Part shown: one piece after another, positions 19,735 through 30,020 of the stretch
How positions within the stretch are numbered: position 1 is the stretch's first letter
Layout: every line of letters begins with the position of its first letter
Assembly: GCA_041744215.1 (NCBI GenBank)
Contig: JBGTLG010000033.1
Span: 64,001-128,000 of the forward strand
Length of the DNA stretch: 64,000 nt
From: Fimbriimonadales bacterium
GTDB taxonomy: Bacteria > Armatimonadota > Fimbriimonadia > Fimbriimonadales > ATM1
Direction of reading: 5' to 3'
Notes under the pieces: generated by a model
Told to the model about the DNA's origin: nothing
What the model saw: only the letters and a program-made list of their open reading frames with translations
Databases searched by the model: none
Position numbers and translations under genes: made by a program

Positions 19735-20481
19735 ATGTTTGCAATAATCGTCGCCGCCCTGATCAGCGCACCGCAAGACACGCCGCTCGATGGCAAGGCC
19801 ACGTTCGAGCGAATGCTCACGAAGTATTACAGCGCGAAGTCAATCAAGGGGACGATCGAGTTTAATCAGACCGTCGAAGGGGTTGGCAAGAGTACGATCT
19901 TGACGACAGTGCAAGCGCAGAAACCAAACCTGTTATTCATAGAGCAGACCAAGACCACCGGCGAAAAGGCGAGTTTCCGAGCGATTTGCGACGGAAAGCA
20001 GTTAGTGTTTACGGCGCCTCCCGATTGGACAAACTACCGCCCAGGCGCACGGATGGTGTTTGCAGAGGCCCCGGATTCCTTCTCGAATGCTATGGACTCG
20101 TTCGCTGTGTTGATGCTCGATCGCCAGCTTGCTTCTGGTCTCGCGCTTTACAATCCATATGAAGTCGTTACTTTCACAAAGCAGATAAAGAACATCCGAA
20201 TGGAAGCGGAAGTAACGCTATCCGGGACACCGGCTTGGCGGCTGTCGGCGGAGTATGGAATAGGTGTCGGTGGCCCCGGCACTGGCGAGCGCGCAGCTTA
20301 TGCGAAGGCGTGGTTCTATGTGAGCAAGAACTTTGACTTTTTAGGAATGGTCTATCAAGAGATCTTACAGGGAACAAACGAGCGGACGAGGCAGACCATC
20401 CGGTATCAGATAACGAATCAGTGGATTGTTAATCTTGTGGTGGATGCGCCCGTCGACGCGAGTTTGTTCCGAATACAATAA
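19735..20481 (+). CDS. exported LolA-like fold protein
   Basis: QKPNLL...CDGK; LLDRQL shared with the previous ORF; PVDASLF end. Confidence 0.6.
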   Translation: MFAIIVAALISAPQDTPLDGKATFERMLTKYYSAKSIKGTIEFNQTVEGVGKSTILTTVQAQKPNLLFIEQTKTTGEKASFRAICDGKQLVFTAPPDWTNYRPGARMVFAEAPDSFSNAMDSFAVLMLDRQLASGLALYNPYEVVTFTKQIKNIRMEAEVTLSGTPAWRLSAEYGIGVGGPGTGERAAYAKAWFYVSKNFDFLGMVYQEILQGTNERTRQTIRYQITNQWIVNLVVDAPVDASLFRIQ

Positions 20482-20490
20482 CCAGCCGGC

Positions 20491-20961
20491 TCACCGCACG
20501 ATTTCTATGATTGCGTCCCATTCTTTTTTGGTGACGGGAGTGATGCTCAGCCTGTTTCCTCTCCTGAGCACAACCATCGAGGCGAGTTCAGGCATTTGCT
20601 TCATTTGCGCTAGCGAAAGTGGAGTTTCAAGCTTCTTTACCGGGGCGATCTCGACCAGCCACCAGCGCGGTTCGTCTCGATTCGACTTTGAATCATAGCC
20701 TTCCGATGCAGGATCGAACTGGGTGTCATCGGGGTAGGCCTGAGACGACACCTTTGCAATCCCTGCGATACCGGGCTCAGGGCAGCTGGAGTGATAGAAG
20801 AGGACGCCGTCTCCAACCGACATTAGGTCGCGCATGTAATTGCGTGCTTGGTAGTTGCGGACGCCGTCCCAGCGCCCCGCCCCTGATGGCTCGTCTAAGA
20901 GATCCTCGATCGAATAGCAGTCGGGTTCGGATTTGAATAGCCAGTACGATTTGGGGGGCAC
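20491..20961 (-). CDS. EVE domain protein
   Basis: YWLFKSEP, WDGVRNYQARN, RLSITPV. Confidence 0.92.
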   Translation of the reverse strand: MPPKSYWLFKSEPDCYSIEDLLDEPSGAGRWDGVRNYQARNYMRDLMSVGDGVLFYHSSCPEPGIAGIAKVSSQAYPDDTQFDPASEGYDSKSNRDEPRWWLVEIAPVKKLETPLSLAQMKQMPELASMVVLRRGNRLSITPVTKKEWDAIIEIVR

Positions 20962-21034
20962 AATCGGTTTGTACCCCAGGTGTTGTGAGCGAGATAACTC
21001 GCGGGTGATGCGACCTGTGGGGTATGAAGCAGGA

Positions 21035-22675
21035 ATGCCAGACACGGAACATGGGCCGTCGCGTCCAAGCGGGGGCTCGTTCATTGTTCAGCGTCCTGAT
21101 CAAATCTTCACGCCGGAGGGCTTTGACTCAGATGCGCGCTTGATGGCTGATACCGCTTTGCAATTCGCCCGGAACGAGGTCATTCCAAATCTTGAGCGGC
21201 TCGACGCTCAAGAGGACAACCTTATGATGGACCTCGTTCGGAAGGCGTGCGAGTTAGGTTTTGGGGGACCCGACTCTCCTGAGCAGTTTGGCGGCTTAGG
21301 ATTACCGAAGACCGTTGCGACGCGCATCCTGGAGATGATCAGCCTAAACGGAAGCTTCAGCACAACGATCGGAGTGCATCAAGGGGTCGGCCAGATGCCA
21401 ATTGCGCTTTTTGGAACCGACGAGATTCAGCAGCGTTACCTGATTTCTCTGACATCCGGCGAATACATGGGCGCTTACGCGCTGAGCGAACCCAACAGCG
21501 GCACTGACGCAATGAGTGGTACCGCCAAAGCAGTCCGCGACGGGTCGGACTTTTTGCTTACCGGCACGAAGATGTGGATATCAAACGCGAAGTGGGCGGG
21601 CTCGTTCATTACATTCGCAAAAATCGACGGCGAACGGTTGACAGCGTTCGTGGTTGAGCGGGATATGCCAGGCGTTTCCGTATCGCGCGAGGAGCACAAG
21701 ATGGGGCTAAAGGGCTCATCGACCGCCCGCTTGTTGCTTGAGTCTGCGCGCGTTCCCGTGGCGAACGTCCTTTATCATGAGGGCCAGGGACACAAAGTTG
21801 CCTTCAATACTTTAAACATTGGTCGATGCAAGTTGGCCGCGATGGCTGCGGGCCAGGCTCGCTCGGCGCTGAGTCTTGGAGCGAGATACGCGAAGGAGCG
21901 AAAGCAGTTTGGCAAACCCATCGCGGAATTCGGACTGATCCAAGACAAGATCGCGCGGTCTGTCTCCTCTTTCTTTGCGGCAGAAAGCGCGCTCTACCGA
22001 ACTGCCGAACTGATCGATCAAGCGTTTGCAGCAGCGAATCCTGGTGGGGATCGGTTTGAAGAGAACCGCAAAGCTGCAGAAGAGTTTCAAATCGAATGCT
22101 CTCTGATCAAGATTTTTGCGACTGAAACATTAAGCTACATCGTTGACGAAGCACTGCAGATTCACGGTGGTTATGGCTTTACCGAGGAGTTTCCCGTTGG
22201 GCGACTTTACCGCGATGCGCGCGTAATGCGGATTTATGAAGGGACGAACGAGATCAATCGCATTTTTGCATTCGACCGAATCGTTAAGCGAGGAATACTC
22301 GATGAATTGCTAGACTCAGAACCCATTTCTGCGACACACGAATACTTGATCCAAGGAGCCAGAGCCGCTTGCAAGCGGCTGGATAGCCAGCAGGTACTGG
22401 CTTGTGCAAGCGATCTCGCGATGACGTTTTACGCGCAGCAATCCGCGAGGCAGCGCGCTCAGCAAATGCGATCGTCTGGAAACCCAAGAGCGGATCTCGC
22501 CGAGGCGGCTGCTTCGCACTTCGAAGCGATTGCCAACTCAAGCGCAGCAACCCGACTTGCCGAACTGCTGAGCCGATGCGGGGTAGCGGGCGAAGTGAAG
22601 ATTCCGCCAGGTGACTTCGCAGGCGCAGATTTGATATCGGAGGCCGCCTTCGATGCGGATGGGTACCCGTTTTAG
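21035..22675 (+). CDS. acyl-CoA dehydrogenase
   Basis: ALSEPNSGTD, GTKMWISN, KMGLKGS, QIHGGYGF, IYEGTNEI; start codon uncertain. Confidence 0.92.
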   Translation: MPDTEHGPSRPSGGSFIVQRPDQIFTPEGFDSDARLMADTALQFARNEVIPNLERLDAQEDNLMMDLVRKACELGFGGPDSPEQFGGLGLPKTVATRILEMISLNGSFSTTIGVHQGVGQMPIALFGTDEIQQRYLISLTSGEYMGAYALSEPNSGTDAMSGTAKAVRDGSDFLLTGTKMWISNAKWAGSFITFAKIDGERLTAFVVERDMPGVSVSREEHKMGLKGSSTARLLLESARVPVANVLYHEGQGHKVAFNTLNIGRCKLAAMAAGQARSALSLGARYAKERKQFGKPIAEFGLIQDKIARSVSSFFAAESALYRTAELIDQAFAAANPGGDRFEENRKAAEEFQIECSLIKIFATETLSYIVDEALQIHGGYGFTEEFPVGRLYRDARVMRIYEGTNEINRIFAFDRIVKRGILDELLDSEPISATHEYLIQGARAACKRLDSQQVLACASDLAMTFYAQQSARQRAQQMRSSGNPRADLAEAAASHFEAIANSSAATRLAELLSRCGVAGEVKIPPGDFAGADLISEAAFDADGYPF

Positions 22676-22706
22676 AGTTTGGCCCAGGAATTGCTCGCCG
22701 AAAGTC

Positions 22707-23012
22707 GTGATTCTGTCTCGGCCGCCGATCTCAGTGACGCTTCTGGTGAGTATCGCCTTGCTCGACCTGGTAGTCACTACAGTGCTCTTCTGCTTGGGGC
22801 TAATCGAAGAGATGAACCCTCTGATGCGGCCTCTGATTCACACTCACCCAGCCCTGTTTGTTGTCGTCAAACTCGCGACCATCGCAGCGGCGTTCATCGG
22901 ACTTCAGTGGTACCGGCGTCACGATGAAAAGTTTGTGCGGCTTGTCGCAGGCTACGGAGCAGTCGTCTACTCGGTCGTGTGGGTTGGCTGGTGCATCGGC
23001 GCACACCTGTAA
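22707..23012 (+). CDS. small membrane protein (DUF5658-like)
   Basis: LLD..TT...E.NPLM...KL pattern, three TM segments. Confidence 0.65.
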   Translation: MILSRPPISVTLLVSIALLDLVVTTVLFCLGLIEEMNPLMRPLIHTHPALFVVVKLATIAAAFIGLQWYRRHDEKFVRLVAGYGAVVYSVVWVGWCIGAHL

Positions 23013-23028
23013 GGTGTAAACTCCCGGC

Positions 23029-24648
23029 ATGATTCTCGGGCCACAGGCCCCACCTCCCGTCGATTTCCTGCCTTTTCGGATCGGCGCGGAGGCTAACCTT
23101 GCTCAACAACGTCCGATCCTTCGACTCGGCGACGTGACCATTGAGGCAGACCGTGCCGAATTCGAAATCGACGAACGGCGCCAGACGTTTCGAGGTCGTG
23201 TACTGTTGCGCTACTTCGAAACGACTGTCGTCGCGGACGAAGCGATTGTCGACGCTGAGCGTGGAAAAGTCCTGCTGAACGGCAATCTAACTCTTACGGA
23301 TCCGTTCGGCATCATCAGAGCCACGACAATGGAGTTTGATGTTCGGGAGATCCGTGAGGATGGCGAGAATGATCGGTACGAGTTTCTTGGCGGAACTGCG
23401 CGGAACGTCGATGTAGAAGCGTTTGAGGGACGTTTTCGAGCAGACTTGCTCAGCGTCAGACCACGTATCGGGCGAGAGCCTGGCGCAATCACGATCCACA
23501 TGGAAGGTGTCACCGCGACTGCATGTGACCGCGAAACGCCGGACTTTGAGTTTCGATTCAAAGAACTACAGGTGCATCCCGGTGATGTCGCTCGATGGAA
23601 GGGCGCGGAGTTTCGCCTCGGCAAGGGCTTTAAGCTTCCCTTTCCCGACTACTATGCAACGATTGGCCGTCAGGAAGCTGGCTTGTTGCTTCCTCAGCCG
23701 ACGTTGTCATCCGGCTTTCGCGCGGGATATCGTTGGAGAAACTTGTTCGAGATTGGACCAGCGGCACAAGCCATGTTCGAGCAGTCTGCCGCATTCGACG
23801 CTGTACCGTCAGTAAACATGCACTTTGCGTATGCGCTCGACGGGAACCGATACGACAAGCGCAGACCGATTTTGATTCGCAATGAAGACGGCGAGAGGTT
23901 TAAGAATGGATACTGGGACAACGTTACCGTTCGCGAGATGCGGCACGAGGAAGAGAGCATAGCAGAAGGGGCGATGACCGCCTACATAGGACGGCGGACA
24001 AACGTCGGCTCGGTACAGCGTCTTGACACAAGTTTACGATTTGATCGAGAATGGTTTCTTGGCGTGCAGCATTCTGGAAAATTGGGCAATGCCTCATGGC
24101 AAGCCCAGTTGGACTACGGCGCGGTCCGTCCCCGTTTGTCCAGCGACGGCTTCCGCCGCTTCGAGGGATACGCGACCGTCCTCGTGCCCGATGTCAAGCT
24201 AACAGAGGATGTTTCGTTTCGCGTTCGAGGAGACCTCGGCACTTTTTTCGGCAATGCATCGGGCTACAGCTGGTTTCGGCCGATGGTCGGATTGGCCTAC
24301 TGTCCGTCGAAATCGCTACAGGTGAGCTTGTCGTACTTCAAGGCACAGGCATTTGGAACGCCACAGCTGGATATCGACAGGCTCTACTCATCCCACGCAA
24401 TCCATTTGCGAACGGATGTAAACCTCGCGGCAACCAATCTATCGGTGTTGCTGAAGTACGACTTCGATAGACAGCAATTGTACGACATCGAGATTGGCCT
24501 CAGTCAACTGATGCACTGTGTTCGCCCGTATGTCGCCTATCGAAGTAGCCCAGGTGCTATCAGTTTTGGAATTCAACTTGAAGCACAGAAACTCTTTGAG
24601 AGCTTGTCACAGAGGAATCCTCGCCGCAATCAACCACCAAAAACATAA
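23029..24648 (+). CDS. LptD/OstA-like outer-membrane protein
   Basis: N-terminal OstA-like beta repeats, TAC..PD motif, barrel-like C-terminal half. Confidence 0.6.
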   Translation: MILGPQAPPPVDFLPFRIGAEANLAQQRPILRLGDVTIEADRAEFEIDERRQTFRGRVLLRYFETTVVADEAIVDAERGKVLLNGNLTLTDPFGIIRATTMEFDVREIREDGENDRYEFLGGTARNVDVEAFEGRFRADLLSVRPRIGREPGAITIHMEGVTATACDRETPDFEFRFKELQVHPGDVARWKGAEFRLGKGFKLPFPDYYATIGRQEAGLLLPQPTLSSGFRAGYRWRNLFEIGPAAQAMFEQSAAFDAVPSVNMHFAYALDGNRYDKRRPILIRNEDGERFKNGYWDNVTVREMRHEEESIAEGAMTAYIGRRTNVGSVQRLDTSLRFDREWFLGVQHSGKLGNASWQAQLDYGAVRPRLSSDGFRRFEGYATVLVPDVKLTEDVSFRVRGDLGTFFGNASGYSWFRPMVGLAYCPSKSLQVSLSYFKAQAFGTPQLDIDRLYSSHAIHLRTDVNLAATNLSVLLKYDFDRQQLYDIEIGLSQLMHCVRPYVAYRSSPGAISFGIQLEAQKLFESLSQRNPRRNQPPKT

Positions 24649-25700
24649 ATCAGCAGCGCGATCACTGCAAGTATCGCAACGACGATTAGCGTGACTTTGA
24701 ACCAGCTGACAGGCGCATCACCTGAAACTTCGCCCGTGCGCCCGTTGATCAAGAACGTGTAAGACTTCTTTTTGAACCGATATGATCCCAACCACACTGG
24801 CAGAAGGATGTGCTTAAACGTCACCCCGTCGTACTGAGTCTTAATCGAAGTGATCTGCTGCTGATCGCCACCGATATCCATGCGGATACTTGCTTGAATC
24901 GCGGGAAGCATCATCTCCTTGGCCTCATCAAAGCCATTTTCTAAACTGACTTGGTAACGCTCGGTGCGGAATCCGCTGAGGAACTCGTCTGCATAGGGAG
25001 TCAACTGATCCAAGTCCCAGTTCCTAAGGGCACGGCCATGTTTGGGAGGGATCGAATGGCTCCCGAGGACAAGCAGATCATCAAAAGAGTTCCAAACGAC
25101 GCCGGCCGCTGGAAACCAGCGAGTCTTTCGCACCTGTCGCGTTTGCGTGTTTCCCTGCGAGTCGCGGTATGTTTCAGTTACATAGTAGTACTCGCCACGC
25201 ATACCGGTGTACCAACTCGTCGTTTTAGCGTCGTATGTCCAATAAGGTACGTACATGCCCTGTAGCGCGCCCTCTTCAAGCGCGAATTTCTTGAGAGCGC
25301 TGGGTGCAAGCCAAAGTTTTTGGAGCCAAGATTTGTAAGCTTCCCTGGCTTCTTTTGATTTCAGCTTGAAAGGCAGGAGCGATTTAGGGTGGATTCGGGC
25401 TTCTGCAGGAACAGGGATGATCATGTTCGATCCACAGAAAGGGCACATGTCGGATACTGCCCTGGCTGACGCTGTATATTCGGCAGCGCACGCGCTGCAC
25501 TTTACGGTTTGTTGCCCATCCTCGACAGCTTCTTGCTCAGCGTTGAGAGCGTACTCGTGAAAGTCGAGCTCGACGATCTCGTCTTCGGATTGCGGAATGT
25601 GGTTGACAAAAGCGCAGTAGTCGCACTTCAGGTTTACTGTGCCGGGCTCAAATGAGAGTTGCGCGCCACATTGTTGACAAGGAAAGCGTTTGACAGACAT
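24630..25700 (-). CDS. zinc-ribbon membrane-anchored protein (YdjG-like)
   Basis: Four CxxC pairs, YVPYWTYD, INGRTGEV, C-terminal TM. Confidence 0.75.
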   Translation of the reverse strand: MSVKRFPCQQCGAQLSFEPGTVNLKCDYCAFVNHIPQSEDEIVELDFHEYALNAEQEAVEDGQQTVKCSACAAEYTASARAVSDMCPFCGSNMIIPVPAEARIHPKSLLPFKLKSKEAREAYKSWLQKLWLAPSALKKFALEEGALQGMYVPYWTYDAKTTSWYTGMRGEYYYVTETYRDSQGNTQTRQVRKTRWFPAAGVVWNSFDDLLVLGSHSIPPKHGRALRNWDLDQLTPYADEFLSGFRTERYQVSLENGFDEAKEMMLPAIQASIRMDIGGDQQQITSIKTQYDGVTFKHILLPVWLGSYRFKKKSYTFLINGRTGEVSGDAPVSWFKVTLIVVAILAVIALLIYVFGG

Positions 25701-25763
25701 GAAGAAACAAACTCACTCAAGCCGATCGATACGTGAAGTCGAAGGATGCAAGCGAGATTTGCA

Positions 25764-26870
25764 CTATGGCTGTGGAGGCGGAGGAGGAACAGGCGGCGGA
25801 GTTCCACCGAAGACTTGTGCCAAGTCAGCAACTTGTCCAGCGGGAGCCCAGTTTTCCATGCCCGACTTCCACACAAGCGAGTCCCGAGTAAGGCTTCCTG
25901 ATGTGGCGAGTTCAATGAGCTGCTCCATTGGAAATGGACCCGTTTGGCGGCCTTCGACAGCAACAAAGTAGCCCGCGTTCGGTATCGGTGGCGGGGTTGG
26001 CTGCGTACCCGTTGGCTGATTCTGCTGGTTCATTCCCTGCGCCATCTGCTGAGCCATCGCGAAGCCCATCCCCATTCCCATCGCGTCGCTGGCAGTTCCA
26101 CCGCCAGGCTGGGTGAGCGACTCCGCCGCTTGATACTTGAGGAACTGATCCATGTTGCCGACGGCGCCCATGCTGCTTCGCTTATCGATCGCTTCTTCCA
26201 CTTCAGGTGGAAGCGAAATGTTTTCGATGAGCATCCTCGTAAGCTCAAGTCCATATTCCTGGCATTTCGGTGCGATTGCGCCGACAAGCGCGTCGCCCAT
26301 GTTCTTGTAGTTGCCTGCAAGATCGAGTACGGGAATGTTCGCCTGCCCGATGACGTCGGCGAATTGAGAAACTATCAGGTTTCGCAGTTGGCCGGTGACA
26401 TCGTCTTGAGAGAAGAGGCCGTCGGTGCCGACGATCTCCCGCAAGAACTGCGCTGCGTCCGACACACGTATCTCGTAGGTTCCAAAAGCTCGCACGCGAA
26501 CGATGCCAAAGTCTGGATCCCGCATCATGATTGGATTCATCGTTCCCCATTTGAGGTCCGTGAAGCGCTTCGTGTTAACGAAGTAGACTTCAGCGACAAA
26601 GGGACTGTTGAATCCGTACTTCCACCCCTTGAGAGTTGACAGGATCGGCAAGTTTTGCGTGGTCAGCTCGTAGCGGCCCGGTGCGAAGACGTCTGCAAGT
26701 TGACCCTCGTTGATGAAGACGGCGACCTGGCTCTCGCGGACGGTCAATTGCGCTCCATTCTTAATCTGATTGCCGTATCGCTCGAAGCGGTAAACCATGG
26801 TGTCGCTCGAATCATCTGTCCACTCGATGATGTCGATAAACTCGCCCTTTATCTTGTCCCACAATGACAT
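25764..26870 (-). CDS. SPFH-domain protein (YdjI-like) with C-terminal GYF_2 domain
   Basis: FIDIIEW, QLTVRESQVAVF, LKWGT; QTGPF...LVWKSGM. Confidence 0.85.
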   Translation of the reverse strand: MSLWDKIKGEFIDIIEWTDDSSDTMVYRFERYGNQIKNGAQLTVRESQVAVFINEGQLADVFAPGRYELTTQNLPILSTLKGWKYGFNSPFVAEVYFVNTKRFTDLKWGTMNPIMMRDPDFGIVRVRAFGTYEIRVSDAAQFLREIVGTDGLFSQDDVTGQLRNLIVSQFADVIGQANIPVLDLAGNYKNMGDALVGAIAPKCQEYGLELTRMLIENISLPPEVEEAIDKRSSMGAVGNMDQFLKYQAAESLTQPGGGTASDAMGMGMGFAMAQQMAQGMNQQNQPTGTQPTPPPIPNAGYFVAVEGRQTGPFPMEQLIELATSGSLTRDSLVWKSGMENWAPAGQVADLAQVFGGTPPPVPPPPPQP

Positions 26871-26969
26871 TGCGTTCTCCTTCCCTATTGGGGTTATCGA
26901 TTATACAACGCCGAAGGGGCTTTCGTTGCGGCAGTGAGTCTGAAGATTCGCCCCCCGCAACCGAAAATT

Positions 26970-27755
26970 ATGGCTATGCACCCGCAGATTTCTCCTCGCC
27001 GGGCCGGATTCACGCTCGTCGAACTCCTGGTCGTCATTGCCATTATTGCCATTGTCTCCGCCATCCTGTTTCCCGTGTTTCAACAAGCTAAAGCTGCCGC
27101 CAAGAAGTCTTCTTGTCTTAGCAATGTGCGGCAACTTGGGACGGCTGTTCAACTTTATGTTCAAGATTACGAGGCTTTGCCTCTCCACGAGCAACTCGAT
27201 GGCACAGCGTGGGGACTATCGCTTATAGAATCGACGTGGTCGGATTCAATCTTCCCTTACGTTTCGAAAACGGAGCTCTTTGTTTGCCCAATCGTCGATC
27301 AATCAATCACACGAAAACCGTGGCTGCACGTCATAAACAAAGCGTACGGCGGCTATGGATACAATTACCAGTATCTCGGCAACGGTTTAGTCCCGACATC
27401 AGTAACTGAGTCTGCCATTTCCTCGCCGACGGAAACAGTTTTGATTGCCGACACCAGAGGCGTCGTCGATGCACAGAACACGCCGAGAGCCGGTGTCTAC
27501 GTCGTCGACCCGCCGATCACCGCAGCGGCCGGGTCTGGCACGACCAGCGGCTTCTATGGAGTCGGCAGCGAGTGCGGTCCGGGAGTCGACGGCTGTAGAT
27601 CGAAACCCGACATTCGACACCTTCAATTCGCAATTGTTGCGTTCGTTGATACTCATACAAAAGGGATGAAGTTGTCTACGCTCGACGACTATGATCGTGA
27701 CGGCGTCGCAGACAACGGATATTGGAATGGCCACGCCGATCCGAACATCCGCTAA
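26970..27755 (+). CDS. prepilin-type N-terminal cleavage/methylation domain protein
   Basis: GFTLVELLVVIAIIAI...LFPVF, SCLSNVRQLG, FVDTHTK. Confidence 0.9.
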   Translation: MAMHPQISPRRAGFTLVELLVVIAIIAIVSAILFPVFQQAKAAAKKSSCLSNVRQLGTAVQLYVQDYEALPLHEQLDGTAWGLSLIESTWSDSIFPYVSKTELFVCPIVDQSITRKPWLHVINKAYGGYGYNYQYLGNGLVPTSVTESAISSPTETVLIADTRGVVDAQNTPRAGVYVVDPPITAAAGSGTTSGFYGVGSECGPGVDGCRSKPDIRHLQFAIVAFVDTHTKGMKLSTLDDYDRDGVADNGYWNGHADPNIR

Positions 27756-28438
27756 AGCTTGTGATTCGACAGCAGCTCAGCGCGAATGCGCGCGTGGAGC
27801 GCGGTTACCCACCCGGCTTCGCCGCGTAATGCGAAGCCGGGCTCCTCTCTGAAATCGACCGGTGAGATGATGATCCTTCTCTTTGCGGCAGGAGTGAGCG
27901 CACACAAGGTAAAGATCTCTTCTATTCCTGCGTCCCCCATCGCCAAGCAGCCTATTGAGACTGCCTTGCCATGAACAAAGATTTCCCCACCCATCTCGCT
28001 GCGCGCGACCTTTGAGTAAGTTACATCCTCTGCGTTCGGATAGTCAACAAAGACCGAGAGGTGATACTTGCTGTTCGGATTGAGATACGGAAGTCGATAA
28101 AATCCCTCAGGAACTTGCCGGTCGCCTTCTCTTCTTTTTGGGCCGAGTGATCCGCTTGCGGCCAAAATAGGAAAGGTTGCAATTCGTTGCGATTTCTGAC
28201 CGTCATCCTTAACCCAGATTTCGAGCCGCTTCTCGCGCTTGTACGCTATCAGAACAAGATTTGAGGGTGGCCATCGCAGCCCGTGGCTGCGAAACGCTGG
28301 CTCGTACTTGCTTTCAACTCTCTGACGAGTCTCCTGAAGGACGTCGGCGACCGACTTCTGGCGATTGGCATCGCCCATGCAGACGCAGACCAACGACAGC
28401 CCCGCAGCTGCAGCGACCTTACCGGCGCGAGATTTCAC
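27752..28438 (-). CDS. L,D-transpeptidase family (YkuD/YafK-like)
   Basis: GPKRREGDRQVPEGFY, IFVHG...SIGCLAM. Confidence 0.9.
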   Translation of the reverse strand: MKSRAGKVAAAAGLSLVCVCMGDANRQKSVADVLQETRQRVESKYEPAFRSHGLRWPPSNLVLIAYKREKRLEIWVKDDGQKSQRIATFPILAASGSLGPKRREGDRQVPEGFYRLPYLNPNSKYHLSVFVDYPNAEDVTYSKVARSEMGGEIFVHGKAVSIGCLAMGDAGIEEIFTLCALTPAAKRRIIISPVDFREEPGFALRGEAGWVTALHARIRAELLSNHKL

Positions 28439-30020
28439 CCGCTACACCACCAGTCCCAATTGGCATTGGCACAACTACTGTGCCATCCGAGGAGCGCACC
28501 TGACCTTTACCGGCTTCCTCTCCAGACTCGATGTCGATCCACGTGTACTCGTAGTTCCCGCCTCGTCGAACAGGCATCACAATCGCTCCACGAATCTGCT
28601 CATCGGGTTCCGGAAGCACCAACGCGATGCAACCCGTATCGTCAGCTAACCCCCACGCGTGCATCCCTTCGTCGACTGTCGCAACTACATCTTGAAACCG
28701 GCGTCGAAGCCATTCGATCCGGTTAGCGAACCGGTTGAACGGATCGAAGAAGTTTGCTTCGACTGGAACTTTAGCAAAAATTGTTGAAGTGGCTGCGCCA
28801 CCAAACAGGGGTGCCCAAAGCGCTGCGCGAGCAGACTCTGTGTTCGGGGCGTCCGATTCTGCGATGGGCACAAGAGGGCGATTAGTTTGCGCTCGCATCG
28901 TGCGAAGTTCCGAAACGATAGACGCGGCCGTTTCGTGCGGCGTCGAGCGGTAGGTGACCGGGATCGAAGCATATCCAACGCGCGGCACGCGCCAGACGTC
29001 GGGCGCGCCGGGATGGACAGACATCGGGAGCAAAAACGTGTGAACTCCCGCAACCTCGTTTGACATCTCCTGAACCCAGTAGCCGGGAACATCCACTCCC
29101 GTGAAGAACTCGATGCCCGCAATGCTGCGAAAGTTTTGCAGCCGCGACAAGAGGTAGCGCAGACCGCGCTTGTAAAGCAGTCTCGCCTGGAGGTTTGTCC
29201 AGAACTCTTGCGGCTTATCGCACGGCCCTCCATTCGCTTTGTTGAACGGATTCTTCTCCCAGCCTTTGCCCGGAGTCAGTTCATCTGCTGAAGACAACGC
29301 CAGAATCACGTTCATATCCGTTAGCATCGCCGCGGTTAGGACGGACTCAAGCATCTCTGCCATTCGAAACGTGCGTTCGTCGGGAGAAATGCAAACGCCA
29401 GACAGATTTCGCCAGTTTTGACCCGCGTTGCTGCCCCAGAGGATCCGGATCACAGACGCGCCAGCCTTCTTCAAATCCGCCATTTGGTTCGCTATACGAT
29501 CCGCATCGGCAGCACTGTCGAGAACGTCCGACACGCCAGCAAGGAGGAGCGGAGATCGGTTTAGAGAAAAGTAGCGTGAGTTCCTCTCTACCTGCACAAA
29601 ACCGCCGGGACCGTTGTTTACACGAATTCCAAGCTTCCGGTATTCAATCGTCCCTTTTGTGTCTGCTACGCGGATGAAGATTCCGTATCCGCCGATGTTC
29701 CAAGGTGTGAACCGAACCTTCCAGATTAGCGAAGGGCTGTTCGCGGTTCCAATCTCATCCTGGGGAGGTCTTGGTACGACGAAACCGCTTACGATCGAGT
29801 ATGTGTTTTCTGCGCCTATGACTGTCGCGGTTACATCAACCTGATTCGGATTGAACGGATCGTTCCAGGTTCCACTTAACTCGAACGTGATCTCGACAGG
29901 CTCAAACTGGCGCACTGTCGCTGGAAAAGTCAGGTTTTTGATTTCGAGCGGGCCTTCTGATTTGAACGGATAGCTTTGGACCGGCAAAATCGCCGCTGCC
30001 GCTAACGCTGAAAGTATCAC
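28419..30020 (-). CDS. DUF5060-type exported protein with degenerate glycoside-hydrolase-like barrel
   Basis: NDPFNP...WKVRFTP N-terminal domain; WEKNPFNKANGGP...EFWT motif. Confidence 0.65.
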   Translation of the reverse strand: MILSALAAAAILPVQSYPFKSEGPLEIKNLTFPATVRQFEPVEITFELSGTWNDPFNPNQVDVTATVIGAENTYSIVSGFVVPRPPQDEIGTANSPSLIWKVRFTPWNIGGYGIFIRVADTKGTIEYRKLGIRVNNGPGGFVQVERNSRYFSLNRSPLLLAGVSDVLDSAADADRIANQMADLKKAGASVIRILWGSNAGQNWRNLSGVCISPDERTFRMAEMLESVLTAAMLTDMNVILALSSADELTPGKGWEKNPFNKANGGPCDKPQEFWTNLQARLLYKRGLRYLLSRLQNFRSIAGIEFFTGVDVPGYWVQEMSNEVAGVHTFLLPMSVHPGAPDVWRVPRVGYASIPVTYRSTPHETAASIVSELRTMRAQTNRPLVPIAESDAPNTESARAALWAPLFGGAATSTIFAKVPVEANFFDPFNRFANRIEWLRRRFQDVVATVDEGMHAWGLADDTGCIALVLPEPDEQIRGAIVMPVRRGGNYEYTWIDIESGEEAGKGQVRSSDGTVVVPMPIGTGGVAGEISRR

